From an uncultured Phycisphaerales bacterium (GTDB lineage: Bacteria; Planctomycetota; Phycisphaerae; Tepidisphaerales; Tepidisphaeraceae), in the NCBI GenBank assembly GCA_963755915.1, contig CAVWLP010000002.1:64001-128000 (forward strand): a stretch of DNA of 64,000 nucleotides, in the 5' to 3' direction. Made by a program: the position numbers and the translations under genes. Positions within the stretch are counted from its first letter, which is position 1. Every line of letters begins with the position of its first letter. Of this stretch, positions 10,951-21,763 are shown one piece after another. Below the pieces are notes generated by a model, which saw only the letters and a program-made list of their open reading frames with translations, was not told the origin of the DNA and made no database searches.

Positions 10951-12855
10951 TTGATTGTGTTGGCAAAACGAAGGCTTGCGTTAGTGTTGTTCGCAGCCAG
11001 TTCAGCCGGATTGCGCAGCGTAGTGCGGGGAGACATCACATTCTTGGACCACTTCAACGATCTGTCGAGTTTTAACATCAATCCGGCGAACGGTGACTAC
11101 TCCGCAGGCACCGGCATAGCGACGGTCGTCGGTAGCGCGTTGCTTCATGGCGGTTTTTTTCCGGGTTCTACTCCGGTCAATGGCGCCTTATCCCTTTCGT
11201 CGGGAGACAACAGCGTCCAATTCCCGGCGTTCGACGGCAATGTGCTAACCGATATTACGACTGGTGGAATCACAGTGGGGTGTTGGTTCAAGATGGGTTC
11301 TGCTTCCAATACCGCGCAAATCTTTGTCATTGGGAATCCACTTCTAAGTTATGCTTATGCTGATGCTGATTATGGATCCGTCGCGTCCACGGTACAGGCG
11401 GGTTACTGTAATAATACCTCGGTTGTCACCTCGCCCGGCGAAGTAATCAACGCAACCCAATGGAATTATCTGGCAGCGACATTCGATCTAACCAACGAAG
11501 CGTTAACGGAGTATGTATTTAATAGCACGGGCGCATTGGTAGGTTCGCCTGTAAGTTCACCCATTTCGGTTCCCCAAATCTGGGAGATTGGCAGTGCTCT
11601 GACCTACGAAGTTTCTCTGGGCGGTCAGATAACGGGGTCAATAACGATGGATGAATTCAGCATCGATAATACCGTCTTGTCTCAAGCCCAATTGCAGCAG
11701 CGAGTCGACAGCATGGTGGCGGGAGACCAACTGTCCGTCCCCACTCCCCCACCGCAATGGATGGGACAATCAGGCGATTGGAATAACGCGTCGAACTGGG
11801 CCGGTGGGATCCCAAATGGAGTAAACGCAAGCGCGAACTTCCTCGGTTCGATTACCGCACCGGTCAGTGTTGATACCGATGTCGCGACGACCGTTGGCTC
11901 GATGACGTTTAACAACGCGAATACCTATGTCATCGGCGGCGCGGGCTTGCTTGCAATGCAGGTATCCACCGGCGCAGCAGCAATAAATGTGGAAAGTGGC
12001 TCGCACGAGATCAATCTGCCTCTAACATTTGTCAGCAACACCAATATTGGTATTGCCAATGGATCGACGCTCACCATCGGTAACCCAGCGACGATCAATG
12101 CAGGCAAGACCGTCACAGTAACCGGCAACCTGACGGACCAGGCTCCGATGACGATTGGGGCCGGAGGCGAACTGCAACTGATTTCCGGCACAACCTCGCT
12201 CTTTGGCGCACCGTCACTCGGCGCCGGTGCGAAGATCGATATAGGGAGCAACACGCTCACAATTAACTATGCGGGCCTGGAAAGTCCCGTTGCGACGATC
12301 GCGGCACTCATTGCCAGCGGCTATAACAATGGAGCCTGGAACGGGCCCGGCATCATCTCCAGCGCGGCACAAACGCCAACCAATGGCCTGCTCTATGGCG
12401 TGGGGTATGCGGATAGCGCCGATGGCGTTGTTGGCGGCCTTGCGTCAGGCCAGATTGAAGTGAAATACACATTGCTTGGCGACGCGAACCTCGACGGCGT
12501 CGTTAACGGCTCCGATTTCAGCATCCTCGCCGCCAACTTTGGCCTCGGCGTCACCAACTGGGACCAGGGCAACTTCCTCTACGGTTCGTCCGTCAACGGC
12601 TCCGACTTCTCCGCCCTCGCCGCCAACTTCGGCCAGGGCGACAGCGGCGCGGCTGTCGTGGTCTCCCCAGGTGATGTTGCCGCGCTGGATGCGTTCGCTG
12701 CCGCCAATGGCCTCATGGCGGATGTGCCCGAGCCTGCAAGTTTGGGATCGATAGCTCTGGGAGGATGTTTTTTGTTCGCACGGCGCCGAAGCGCCACGCG
12801 TTCCGACGTCGGCCATCGCCGACGTCAGATTGGATTGCACAATGCAGTTTCGTAA
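10951..12855 (+). CDS. PEP-CTERM protein: LamG head, stalk, dockerin-like domain
   Basis: LamG motifs (ITVGCWFK, QWNYLAATFD, MDEFSI), GDANLDG repeat, VPEP-TM-RRR. The true start may be 10957 or 10960, after GGAGG. Confidence 0.85.
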   Translation: MIVLAKRRLALVLFAASSAGLRSVVRGDITFLDHFNDLSSFNINPANGDYSAGTGIATVVGSALLHGGFFPGSTPVNGALSLSSGDNSVQFPAFDGNVLTDITTGGITVGCWFKMGSASNTAQIFVIGNPLLSYAYADADYGSVASTVQAGYCNNTSVVTSPGEVINATQWNYLAATFDLTNEALTEYVFNSTGALVGSPVSSPISVPQIWEIGSALTYEVSLGGQITGSITMDEFSIDNTVLSQAQLQQRVDSMVAGDQLSVPTPPPQWMGQSGDWNNASNWAGGIPNGVNASANFLGSITAPVSVDTDVATTVGSMTFNNANTYVIGGAGLLAMQVSTGAAAINVESGSHEINLPLTFVSNTNIGIANGSTLTIGNPATINAGKTVTVTGNLTDQAPMTIGAGGELQLISGTTSLFGAPSLGAGAKIDIGSNTLTINYAGLESPVATIAALIASGYNNGAWNGPGIISSAAQTPTNGLLYGVGYADSADGVVGGLASGQIEVKYTLLGDANLDGVVNGSDFSILAANFGLGVTNWDQGNFLYGSSVNGSDFSALAANFGQGDSGAAVVVSPGDVAALDAFAAANGLMADVPEPASLGSIALGGCFLFARRRSATRSDVGHRRRQIGLHNAVS

Positions 12856-15223
12856 TCAGATCAACGTCAATAGCAAGCGTATCCACAAGCTCGTGTTGCC
12901 TGCTATGCTCGCGCTCGGGGGGCTGCCCGCTGTCGGGCAAACGCTCCAGTCCGGCGAAGCCGGGTTCGGCTGGCAGTGGGTGCGCTCAAATCCCTTTAGC
13001 ATCCAGGGCCTTTCAGAGAATCCTTTAACATGGAACATCAGTCAATATTTTGGTGCTGGGATGACCATGCTGAATCGTGCGGAAGGCACCACCTACACGC
13101 TTATTCGGCCCGCGCCGTACCAGAATGCTACCTGGCAATCGTTTTTGGCGGTTCCGGAGGGGGGCCCCGTATCATCGACGGAAACCGAATTTGATGAACT
13201 ACAAACGACCAGCGGCAATGCTGGCTGGATCGTCGGCGACGAGCCGAGCACAATACAGATGCCGTATATCGCGGAGGTGAACTCATACATACGGCAAACG
13301 GACACCAGCGTGCCTATCTACACCACGGCCACTAACATCACGGCAACCGCGGCTGAATTATATGGAAATAGCTCTGAGCCGAATTATAACTATACCGACT
13401 ACCTCAACGATTTTATCAGCATCATGAACCCGGACATCCTGGCGTACGACTATTATCCGTTTGAGTCCAGCGGTGCGACGGGTTCGCAATATATGCAAAA
13501 CCTCATGGCCGTCCGGACAGCAGCACAAGCCAACGGGCTGCCGTACTGGGGCTGGGTTCAATCATTTGGCGATGTCAGCGAGTCCGACAATCGGTATAAT
13601 GTCTATACACTTCTGACCGCCGGTTACACGGGTTTGCTCTATTGGACGTACGACTATTACAGCAGCACCGGAAATGGCCTGATTGACGAAAACGGCGACC
13701 CAACAGCGCTTTATTCCGAGGCCGCAACGACCAATGAGCAGGCGGTGATTGTTGGCGGTGCGGAACGGTTTCTCAACAGCACCGCTGTGTGCTTCGTTCC
13801 GGGCTATGCGAATTCGAAGGTCTTGAATTCGACTCCCGTGGGACTTACCAACTGGGTTGCGGGTGCCGGAGGCGACCCCTACATCACGGGATTTAGCGAT
13901 ACAAACATTGGTTCGAACGACAACGGGTTGATCGGGCTATTTACAGACACTAACGGTGAGCACTACTTCATGCTCACCAACCTCAATCATAGTGCGAGCC
14001 TTTCTGCGGCCGCCGCGACGCTCAGTTTCACCCTGTCCTTCAATAGCTCAATAAATACCCTATGGCTCCTGAACTCAACCACCGGTCAGCAGCAAGAGAT
14101 TGCACTCACCAATAACCAGTTGGACTTGACCTTGCCCGGTGGGACCGGAGACTTGTTCAGATATAATAACAACAGCATTTGGATGGCGCAATCGGGTGAC
14201 TGGCAGGATGCGGACAACTGGGGGGGCTGGATTCCGAACGGAGCAGATGAGGTCGCGGACTTCAACGGATCGATCACCGCGCCACGAAGTATTTATACCA
14301 ATGTAGCGACCACCGTCGGGGGGTTGTCCTTCAATAGCTCGAACACTTACGTCATCGGTGGCGCGGGCTCGCTTGCAATGCAGGTATCGACTGGTGCGGC
14401 AGCAATCAATGTGCTAAGTGGCTCGCACACGATCAATCTGCCTCTGACGTTTGTCAGCAACACCAATATTGGCATTGCCAATGGATCGACCCTGACGATC
14501 GGGAACCCGACGACGATCGACGCTGGCACAACTGTGACGGTCAATGGCAACCTTTTGATCGAAGCGCCGCTATCGATTCAACCCGGTGGCTCGCTCGTTA
14601 TGAACGCGGCTCCCGCGGTGACGCTGCTGGGCGCACCGTCACTGGGCGCCGGAGCGAAGATCGATATAGGCAGCAGCGCGGTCACCTTTGACTATACGGG
14701 GTCGGGAACTCCGGCCGCGACGATCGCGGCACTCCTTGCTAGCGGCTATAACAATGGAGCCTGGAACGGTGCCGGCATCGACTCCAGTTCTGCGGCCGCT
14801 CACCCGGGTTATGCCCTCGGTTACGCCGATGGAGCCGACGGTATCGTCTCAGGTCTCCATTCTGGCCAAATCGAAGTCGAATACACGCTGTACGGAGATG
14901 CAAACCTGGACGGCATCGTTGATGCCAGCGACCTGGCCATCCTCGCTGCCAATTTCGGCCGCACTGTTACTGGTTGGGATCAGGGGGATTTTGACTACGG
15001 CGGTATCGTGAATGGCTCGGACTTCGCCCTTCTCGCCGCCAATTTCGGCAAGAGTTCCAGCGGAGCGGCCGTCACATTGCCGTCCAGCGAGTGGGCCGCG
15101 CTGGATGCCTTCGCCTCCGCCAACGGTCTAGTGGCCGACGTCCCTGAGCCGTCGAGTCTTGGGCTGCTCGCTTTGGCAGGATGTTTCGCGCGGCGACGAA
15201 GGGCCGCACGCCGTGTTCAGTAG
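12842..15223 (+). CDS. PEP-CTERM protein with putative TIM-barrel glycoside hydrolase-like head
   Basis: WIVGDEP, YDYYPF, YWGWVQ and GYTGLLYW motifs resemble clan GH-A barrels. Stalk, dockerin-like repeat and VPEP tail follow. Confidence 0.7.
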   Translation: MQFRNQINVNSKRIHKLVLPAMLALGGLPAVGQTLQSGEAGFGWQWVRSNPFSIQGLSENPLTWNISQYFGAGMTMLNRAEGTTYTLIRPAPYQNATWQSFLAVPEGGPVSSTETEFDELQTTSGNAGWIVGDEPSTIQMPYIAEVNSYIRQTDTSVPIYTTATNITATAAELYGNSSEPNYNYTDYLNDFISIMNPDILAYDYYPFESSGATGSQYMQNLMAVRTAAQANGLPYWGWVQSFGDVSESDNRYNVYTLLTAGYTGLLYWTYDYYSSTGNGLIDENGDPTALYSEAATTNEQAVIVGGAERFLNSTAVCFVPGYANSKVLNSTPVGLTNWVAGAGGDPYITGFSDTNIGSNDNGLIGLFTDTNGEHYFMLTNLNHSASLSAAAATLSFTLSFNSSINTLWLLNSTTGQQQEIALTNNQLDLTLPGGTGDLFRYNNNSIWMAQSGDWQDADNWGGWIPNGADEVADFNGSITAPRSIYTNVATTVGGLSFNSSNTYVIGGAGSLAMQVSTGAAAINVLSGSHTINLPLTFVSNTNIGIANGSTLTIGNPTTIDAGTTVTVNGNLLIEAPLSIQPGGSLVMNAAPAVTLLGAPSLGAGAKIDIGSSAVTFDYTGSGTPAATIAALLASGYNNGAWNGAGIDSSSAAAHPGYALGYADGADGIVSGLHSGQIEVEYTLYGDANLDGIVDASDLAILAANFGRTVTGWDQGDFDYGGIVNGSDFALLAANFGKSSSGAAVTLPSSEWAALDAFASANGLVADVPEPSSLGLLALAGCFARRRRAARRVQ

Positions 15224-15343
15224 AATGATTGCTTACAGGCGCCAGACCAAAGATCGGATCGAGGAGCCCGCCAGCGAGTAGCCGATGCCGGGGCAGGCGG
15301 GGTAACGCGAGAATTGACCCGCTTGATTGACGAAGGAACAGGA

Positions 15344-15844
15344 ATGGATATTCGAGGATCACTCAATGAGCATCGCACAGTGACCGGAATTGTCACGGCG
15401 ATTGTCTTGCTTTTAGCGTTGTCCTTCGCCTACTGTCGTTTGAAGGGTGACGCCCCGTTTGGTTCACAGGGACAGGCTTTTTACACTGTCGATAATGGGA
15501 GTACATGGTTTGCCGATGACATTGGTAAGATACCGCCTTTTGACCACGGCGGCAGGCCTGCCTATCGCTGTTATGTGTATACAACCGATGGTGGCAAAAC
15601 GATGTTCGTGTTGTATCTGGAGCGCTATACAGACGAGGCCAAGACGATTCTGGAACGGCTTCATAGCAGCGGCACAAATGCGGACGTGGCGACTGCACAA
15701 GTTTTGATGGCGGGCGTTGAGGTCAAGCGGGCCGGCGCGCCTGATACAGCTTGGGTCAAGAAAGTCGATCCGCGCACTGCTGCAATTATGGCTCCCGGAA
15801 GTGCCGCAAAGCCGGATCAAATAGCCGTGTCCGTCCAACCGTGA
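15344..15844 (+). CDS. Single-TM hypothetical protein
   Basis: N-terminal TM helix followed by AFYTVDNGSTWF...IPPFD...YLERYT. Last gene of the PEP-CTERM/DUF1559 block. Confidence 0.7.
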   Translation: MDIRGSLNEHRTVTGIVTAIVLLLALSFAYCRLKGDAPFGSQGQAFYTVDNGSTWFADDIGKIPPFDHGGRPAYRCYVYTTDGGKTMFVLYLERYTDEAKTILERLHSSGTNADVATAQVLMAGVEVKRAGAPDTAWVKKVDPRTAAIMAPGSAAKPDQIAVSVQP

Positions 15845-15857
15845 GCTATCAAGTATT

Positions 15858-17031
15858 ATGGAATTATCACGACAAGAGCTACCCCTCAATTTCGCAGTGA
15901 TCGGTTGCGGGAGCCTGGCTCGCGCCCAGCACCTTCCCAACATTGCGCGATCATCGCGAGCGATACTGCACACCTGCTGCGACGTTTCGCAAGGTGCGCT
16001 GGATGAATGCGCGCTGAGATTCTCCCCCACGCGGACCACCCGGGACTTTCTTGAAGCCATTTCCGATCCGGCAGTCGATGTGATATGCCTGGCAACGACG
16101 GAAAGGCTACGTCTTCCGGTCATCAAGGCTGCGGCGCGATTGGGAAAACCGGTGTATGTCGAGAAGCCGCTGGCGCGAGCGATGACGGAAATCCGCGAAA
16201 TCCAGCGGGTAGTACACGAGTCGCGCATTCCATTTTGCGTCGGACACAACCGAAGATGCTCGCCGGCAATGCGCGCGGCACACCGGATCTTTCGCAATCA
16301 CATGGAGCATCCTCAGCCGTGTCCGTGGAGATGGCAACGCGAAAGGGCTTTGCCAGAGTTACCCGACGACGGGGTTCCCTCGTTTATCGCGCACATCAAT
16401 GACGACTGGTATAGCTGGAAATCATGGGTTTTCGACAAGTCGCAGGCGCCGCACGGCCCGATGCTGTTTGAGATGACGCACTTCATAGACCTGTGCAACT
16501 GGTTCCTGGCCGATGAACCGGTCGAAGTGTCAGCGATTGAGACGGGCATGCTGAACCATGCAACTATTGTGCGATATCGATCAGGCGCGTTGGCCACGAT
16601 TAGCCTGTGCGCCAATGGATCATTCGGCTATCCGAAGGAATTATACGAAGCGTTCGGCAACGGCGCGGCGGTTGCGATCGACCACATGGTTGAAGTTCGC
16701 GCGGCCGGCATCCCCGGCGCCGGCAAGAACGACTTTTCCGATGCTGAACGACAAACATCCACAGATCGGCCAGATGGGCGGATTGCAGGGCTGGCTTGAG
16801 AAGAAGCGAGCTGCTTGCGAAGAGGCCGCCGCCAGCGGGGATATGATGCGGCAGTTTACCGCCGAACCCGATAAAGGACACCAGCACGCACTGGAACAAT
16901 TCATCGACGAAATCTGCGGGACTGGTCCGGTCGTCTGTGGGGTGGACGACGCCGTACTTGCCAGCCGGGTATGTTTTGCCGCGATTCGTTCGGCGCAAGA
17001 GCGGCGGATCGTCACGCTCGAGGAGATCTGA
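15858..17031 (+). CDS. Gfo/Idh/MocA oxidoreductase (frameshift near 16725)
   Basis: VIGCG, VYVEKP, VGHNRR and HFIDL; the C-terminus is in ORF 16558..17031. Confidence 0.85.
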
Positions 17032-17057
17032 TCCGGATTTTTGAAAAACCCACCAGA

Positions 17058-18324
17058 ATGTATACCGCCCAGATTATTTCCGCGGAAGTGTTCTTCACAG
17101 AGCAGCCGATGGTGAAGCCGCTGATTCTTAGCACAGGCATAATTGAGCGAATCACTCAGGCGACGGCCACCGTTCGAGTTCGCGCCGGTGGCCGCGATGC
17201 AACGGGGCACGGCTCTATATACCTGAGCGATCTGTGGGCTTGGCCGGATCCACGGTGGTCTCATGACCAGCGCGACAGCCTTTTGCGCGATTTAACATCG
17301 CGGATCGCAGTAAGACTTAAGGAACTGACCGGTGCAGAATCCGCCCATCCCCTGGAACTAGGCCTGCGGTTGCACCATGCGGTGAACCATCTGGAAGATC
17401 CGCGCTTCGTTGACGTTCCGGTGCTCGCCCGGGCGATGTGCATGAGCCCATTTGACGCTGCGCTTCACGACGCCGTCGGCATCGCATTCGATCGGTCCGC
17501 CTTTGCACTCTATGAACCGAATATTCCAATTCCGTCTGCCGACGCGTTCTTTCGTCAAGGCGTGTGCCGGGCCATCGTCACGGCGATGAGAACGTCTCCC
17601 CTTCAATCGCTCCCAGCATGGATTATCGTCGGGCAGAACGACGACCTGGCAGCCGATGTGCGGCCGTGGATTTGTGACAGGGGCTATCGATGCTTCAAGC
17701 TCAAGATCATGGGGCGAGATAACCGCCTAGATGTTGAAAGAACACGGGAAGTGTTCGAGGCGGTGCGAGCGTTTGGAGTCGATCGTCCCGTACTGAGCAT
17801 TGACAGTAATGAGGCGAATCCCGACGCGGAAAGTGTGCTGGCATATCTACGAAGCCTGCACGAAGAATCGCCTGGAGCTTTTGATGCACTTCAATCCGTT
17901 GAGCAGCCCACAGGTCGAGATATTACGCGGCATCGGTGTGATTGGCGCGAGGTGTCGAAGCTCAAGCCGGTGTTGCTCGACGAAGGTTTGACCGACGCGG
18001 ACCTGTTCGAGGAGGCGCGATCAAGGTTGGAGCGGTTTCGCGTTGAAAACCTGTAAGGGGCATAGTTTCGCCCTGATGGCAGCCGCCTGGGCCGAGGAAA
18101 ATGGCTTGCTGATCAGTCTGCAGGATTTGACCAACGCCGGCCACTCGATGATTCACGCTGCCCTCTTCGGCGCATATCTGCCGACCATCAACGGTGCGGA
18201 ACTCAACAGCCCTCAGTTCACTCCGGCCGCAAACGAACCATGGATTCGGCAGTACCCCGATCTCTTCCAGCCACGAGGCGGCGTCCACCGTCTAGCGGCG
18301 GGAACAGAAAGCGGATTGGGCTAG
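17058..18324 (+). CDS. Enolase-superfamily (mandelate racemase/MLE-like) enzyme (frameshift near 18020)
   Basis: FKLK catalytic motif and metal ligands in IDSNE, VEQP and LDEG; continues as LKTCKG... in 18043..18324. Confidence 0.8.
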
Positions 18325-18344
18325 ACTCAGATCAGAGGTGAGGA

Positions 18345-19478
18345 ATGATGTCCCGCGTCCGAACGGCGTTGATTGGTGCAGGGTGGATGGGATCGACGCT
18401 GCTGCGTCGCCTCAGCGATCGAGATGACGTCGAGATCAGCGCCGTCGTCGACAGCGAAGGGGGGACGGCTGCTGAACAGCTCGCCTCACTGAAATTGCCC
18501 CACGTTCCGGTCTATTTCGATTATGCGAGGGTGGTGAACGATCCTTCAATCGATGCGGTCGTCATTGCCAGTCCGAACGCCTTCCACGGCCCGCAATCCA
18601 TCGCGGCGATGCGGGCAGGCAAGCACATCTTTTGCGAAAAGCCGTGTGCCACTCGTTTTCACGAATTCGTCGAGCAAATCCAAATTGAGAAGGCGAATCC
18701 GCAACTCATCACCTTCGTCGATTACCTGATGAACTTTGATCCCATGGAACAGCGGCTGCGGCAGCTTTCTGCTGATGGCGGGTTCGGCCGCATCACACAA
18801 ATCCAAGTGAACTATCGCCATGGAGTGAACGTCAGTGGCAGCAAAGCGTGGAAACTCAGCAAAGAGATTCAAGGCGACGCGATTGGCATGGGTATCGTTC
18901 ATTCGCTGTCCGTGATGTTTATGGTGATGAAGCCCCAGAGCTATCCGGTTGGTGTGTTTGCCACGGCGCTGACGGCGCAGGTGCGACCTTTCGAAACCGA
19001 GCCGATCTGGAATATTCTCATCCGATTTGCCGACGGAACCGCGGGCTTCTGCTTCGGCAACATCGACAGCGGCAACGGATACGACGCCTACCACAACATC
19101 AGCGGAACCAAAGGTGCTTTCGTTTTCGAAAGTCAACTCGAGCGCGAGCGAAAAGTGCGATTCTGGTCGGAGAAGTTTACCGCCGGCCGGTGGATCTACC
19201 CCCTGGACATTGAGCGCTGTGAGCGCGAAGGCGTCGAACCCTGGCCGGCGGACACGACAACGCCGGACAGCGGTGATGTCTTCCACCACAACACGGCTTC
19301 CTGCGTTGGACACTTCATCGAATGTGTTAAACGTGGTGTAAAGTCTCCGTTGAGTTTCGCCAATTCTGCCATGGTGGCAGAGATAGGTTGGGCGGCGCGG
19401 CTTTCAGCGACAACAGGCGCGGAAATCAAATTACCGCTCAGTTACGCTGAATCGATGCCATCTTTAGGAGCAAAATAG
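18345..19478 (+). CDS. Gfo/Idh/MocA oxidoreductase
   Basis: LIGAGWMG, ASPNAFH, AGKHIFCEKP. Confidence 0.9.
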   Translation: MMSRVRTALIGAGWMGSTLLRRLSDRDDVEISAVVDSEGGTAAEQLASLKLPHVPVYFDYARVVNDPSIDAVVIASPNAFHGPQSIAAMRAGKHIFCEKPCATRFHEFVEQIQIEKANPQLITFVDYLMNFDPMEQRLRQLSADGGFGRITQIQVNYRHGVNVSGSKAWKLSKEIQGDAIGMGIVHSLSVMFMVMKPQSYPVGVFATALTAQVRPFETEPIWNILIRFADGTAGFCFGNIDSGNGYDAYHNISGTKGAFVFESQLERERKVRFWSEKFTAGRWIYPLDIERCEREGVEPWPADTTTPDSGDVFHHNTASCVGHFIECVKRGVKSPLSFANSAMVAEIGWAARLSATTGAEIKLPLSYAESMPSLGAK

Positions 19479-19625
19479 AGGGAAAAAGAGAATCGACCGT
19501 GCATGCTTATGCGTTAGTTATTCCAGCAGGAAGTGATCCGCCGTGGAATACTCACGCAATCGGAAAGCCAATTCAGCCGGTCTTTCGGCAGGATTGAAGT
19601 AAGTCGGTGCAGAAAGGGAATCATC

Positions 19626-20360
19626 ATGAAAATCGTGAAAAGCCACACAAAGTTGGAGCTTGGACGCAAGGCGGCGGCCCAGGCCGCGGAATTGACGCGG
19701 CAGGCAATCAAGAAGTCCGGGAGCGCGAATCTGATCGTCGCGACGGGAGCATCTCAGTTTGAAATGCTCGATGCTCTGGTCAAGGAGCCGGATATTTCCT
19801 GGAACCTGGTGACCTGTTTCCACCTTGATGAATATGTCGGATTACCGATTGTTCATCCGGCCAGTTTTCGGCGATATCTGTGGGAGAGATTTGTGAGCCG
19901 ACTCTCGTTACCTGTGGCGGCTTTCCATTATGTGAATGGGGAGACGGATCCGGACGTGGAGTGCAAGCGACTTGCAAAGCTCATCGAGCGCTGTCGGATC
20001 GACGTCGCACTTGTGGGAATCGGCGAGAACGCGCATCTTGCCTTCAACGATCCGCCGGCGGACTTCGAAACTGAACGGCCTTATCTCGTGGTGAACCTGG
20101 ATGAAGCGTGCCGCAGGCAGCAATTAGGCGAGGGATGGTTTAAGGGATTGTCAGACGTGCCAATGCAGGCGATCAGCATGTCGTGCCGGCAGATTATGAA
20201 AAGCAAGTCGGTCATCGCATCCGTGCCTGACGCCCGCAAAGCGACCGCGGTGAAGGCATCTGTACAAGGGCCGGTTTCGCCAGCGGTGCCAGCAAGCATC
20301 TTGCAAAGGCATTCGGACTGCACGGTGTATGTGGATGACGCATCGGGAGCAATGCTTTGA
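19626..20360 (+). CDS. nagB: Glucosamine-6-phosphate deaminase family
   Basis: [36 protein letters not shown]. Confidence 0.85.
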   Translation: MKIVKSHTKLELGRKAAAQAAELTRQAIKKSGSANLIVATGASQFEMLDALVKEPDISWNLVTCFHLDEYVGLPIVHPASFRRYLWERFVSRLSLPVAAFHYVNGETDPDVECKRLAKLIERCRIDVALVGIGENAHLAFNDPPADFETERPYLVVNLDEACRRQQLGEGWFKGLSDVPMQAISMSCRQIMKSKSVIASVPDARKATAVKASVQGPVSPAVPASILQRHSDCTVYVDDASGAML

Positions 20361-20414
20361 GGCACGATCGCGGTGAAAGAAAACGCCAAATGGACGGAAC
20401 ACTGATCGGTGTAA

Positions 20415-20672
20415 ATGGATCTCACAGGAATTCCGAGCTGCGTCGCAGAGATGAAGCGGCTTTTTCCGGAGCTCAGCAATACGAGTGACGTTCCTGCGAT
20501 CATTCAGAAGCTGGTTGATGCCGGCGCCAATGGAATTTCAGCGGGAAAGGGTTTCTATCGCTACACACCCATACAGAGGGAACAATGGGAGAAGTTTCTG
20601 CGCGAAAATGCACGGCATACCCGCCCAGTAGGCGATATCGCCGCGTCACTGGAAAAGAACTCAGAACCGTGA
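20415..20672 (+). pseudogene. C-terminal fragment of a 3-hydroxyacyl-CoA dehydrogenase family protein
   Basis: MDLTG...G..AGKGFYRY is the C-terminal motif; there is no room upstream for the NAD-binding domain. Confidence 0.6.
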
Positions 20673-20872
20673 ATCTGGACCAAATTTCCCGGAAAATCTC
20701 TCAAGTGTGTTTTATGGGCCGTTCGGCAAGGCGCGTCATGAACTCCAGAGTGTCACGGGGCGCGCCAAAACCAGCCAGGGCGGGGCGCTTCAAAACCGGC
20801 CAATGTGCTGACGTATTCTATACCGCATCCGTTCTATCCGACGCAACTGTTCCTTGAGTTATTGGTCCCCGT

Positions 20873-21763
20873 TCACGCCGTCTGGCCGGCGGATACCCCC
20901 ACATCAGAAGACAACGGCGGCTCTGTCACGGTGTCTTCCGGGGGGGAGCACCCTTCATCGCCGGCGGTACTCCGCCGTCCTTTTGGATTTGTCTTTTCCG
21001 GTGTCCCGGATTGGCCTGCCGTGAGCGAAGTCGAATGGCCCCCATGCCGAAGGCGGTAGCTCTTGCCGGTGATGTTGATGATCGTGGCGTGCTGCAGGAA
21101 CCGATCCAGAATGGCCGTGGCCGCCGGCACGTCGCCGATCAGCTTGGCCCAGTCCTCCAGTGGACGGTTGCTGGTCATCATCGTCGAGCGGTTCTCGTGC
21201 CGGCGCATGACGATCTCCAGCAGGCATTCGCCGCTGCGCCGCGGAAGCTGCTTCATTCCCATGTCGTCGATGATAAGCAGATCAGGCTTGAGATACCGGG
21301 CCAGCGTCTTGTCCTGGGCTCCCAGATCCTCGTCGCCTAAAAAGTCGCGGGCCAGGTCGAAGATGGATCGGTACAGGACCACCAAGCCGCTCTTGATCGC
21401 CTGGTGTCCGATGGCCTGGGCCAAAAACGATTTGCCCACGCCGGGCGGACCCAGCAAGAGCACGTCACGTTTGTCACGAATGAACTGGCCGGCGGCCAGA
21501 TCGTGAATCTGTTTGCGTTTGATGGAGGTGTTGAAGGAGAAGTCGAACTCGTCGAGGTTTTTGGTGTCGCGGAACATCGCCGCCTTGACGCGCCGGCCGA
21601 TCTGCCGGCTGGATCGGACGTTCAGTTCATCCTGAAGGATCAGTTCCAAAAACTCACTGTGGTCGAGCCGATTGCCGGCCGCCTCGCTCAGGCGAACTTC
21701 AAGGCTGCTCGCCAGACCTGAAAGCCGAAGTTGCTTGAGCGTCTGCATCAACGAAGGTCTCAT
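20873..21763 (-). CDS. istB: IS21 helper ATPase
   Basis: GPPGVGKS, LLIIDD, MTSNRP, AILDR, GKSYR. Confidence 0.95.
   Translation of the reverse strand: MRPSLMQTLKQLRLSGLASSLEVRLSEAAGNRLDHSEFLELILQDELNVRSSRQIGRRVKAAMFRDTKNLDEFDFSFNTSIKRKQIHDLAAGQFIRDKRDVLLLGPPGVGKSFLAQAIGHQAIKSGLVVLYRSIFDLARDFLGDEDLGAQDKTLARYLKPDLLIIDDMGMKQLPRRSGECLLEIVMRRHENRSTMMTSNRPLEDWAKLIGDVPAATAILDRFLQHATIINITGKSYRLRHGGHSTSLTAGQSGTPEKTNPKGRRSTAGDEGCSPPEDTVTEPPLSSDVGVSAGQTA
21014..21038. repeat. Short palindromic 'TTCGACTTCGCTCA' type repeat in the istB 3' tail
   Basis: The reverse complement CCATTCGACTTCGCTCACGGCAGGC matches 21774-21798 at 20/25 positions. Confidence 0.65.
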
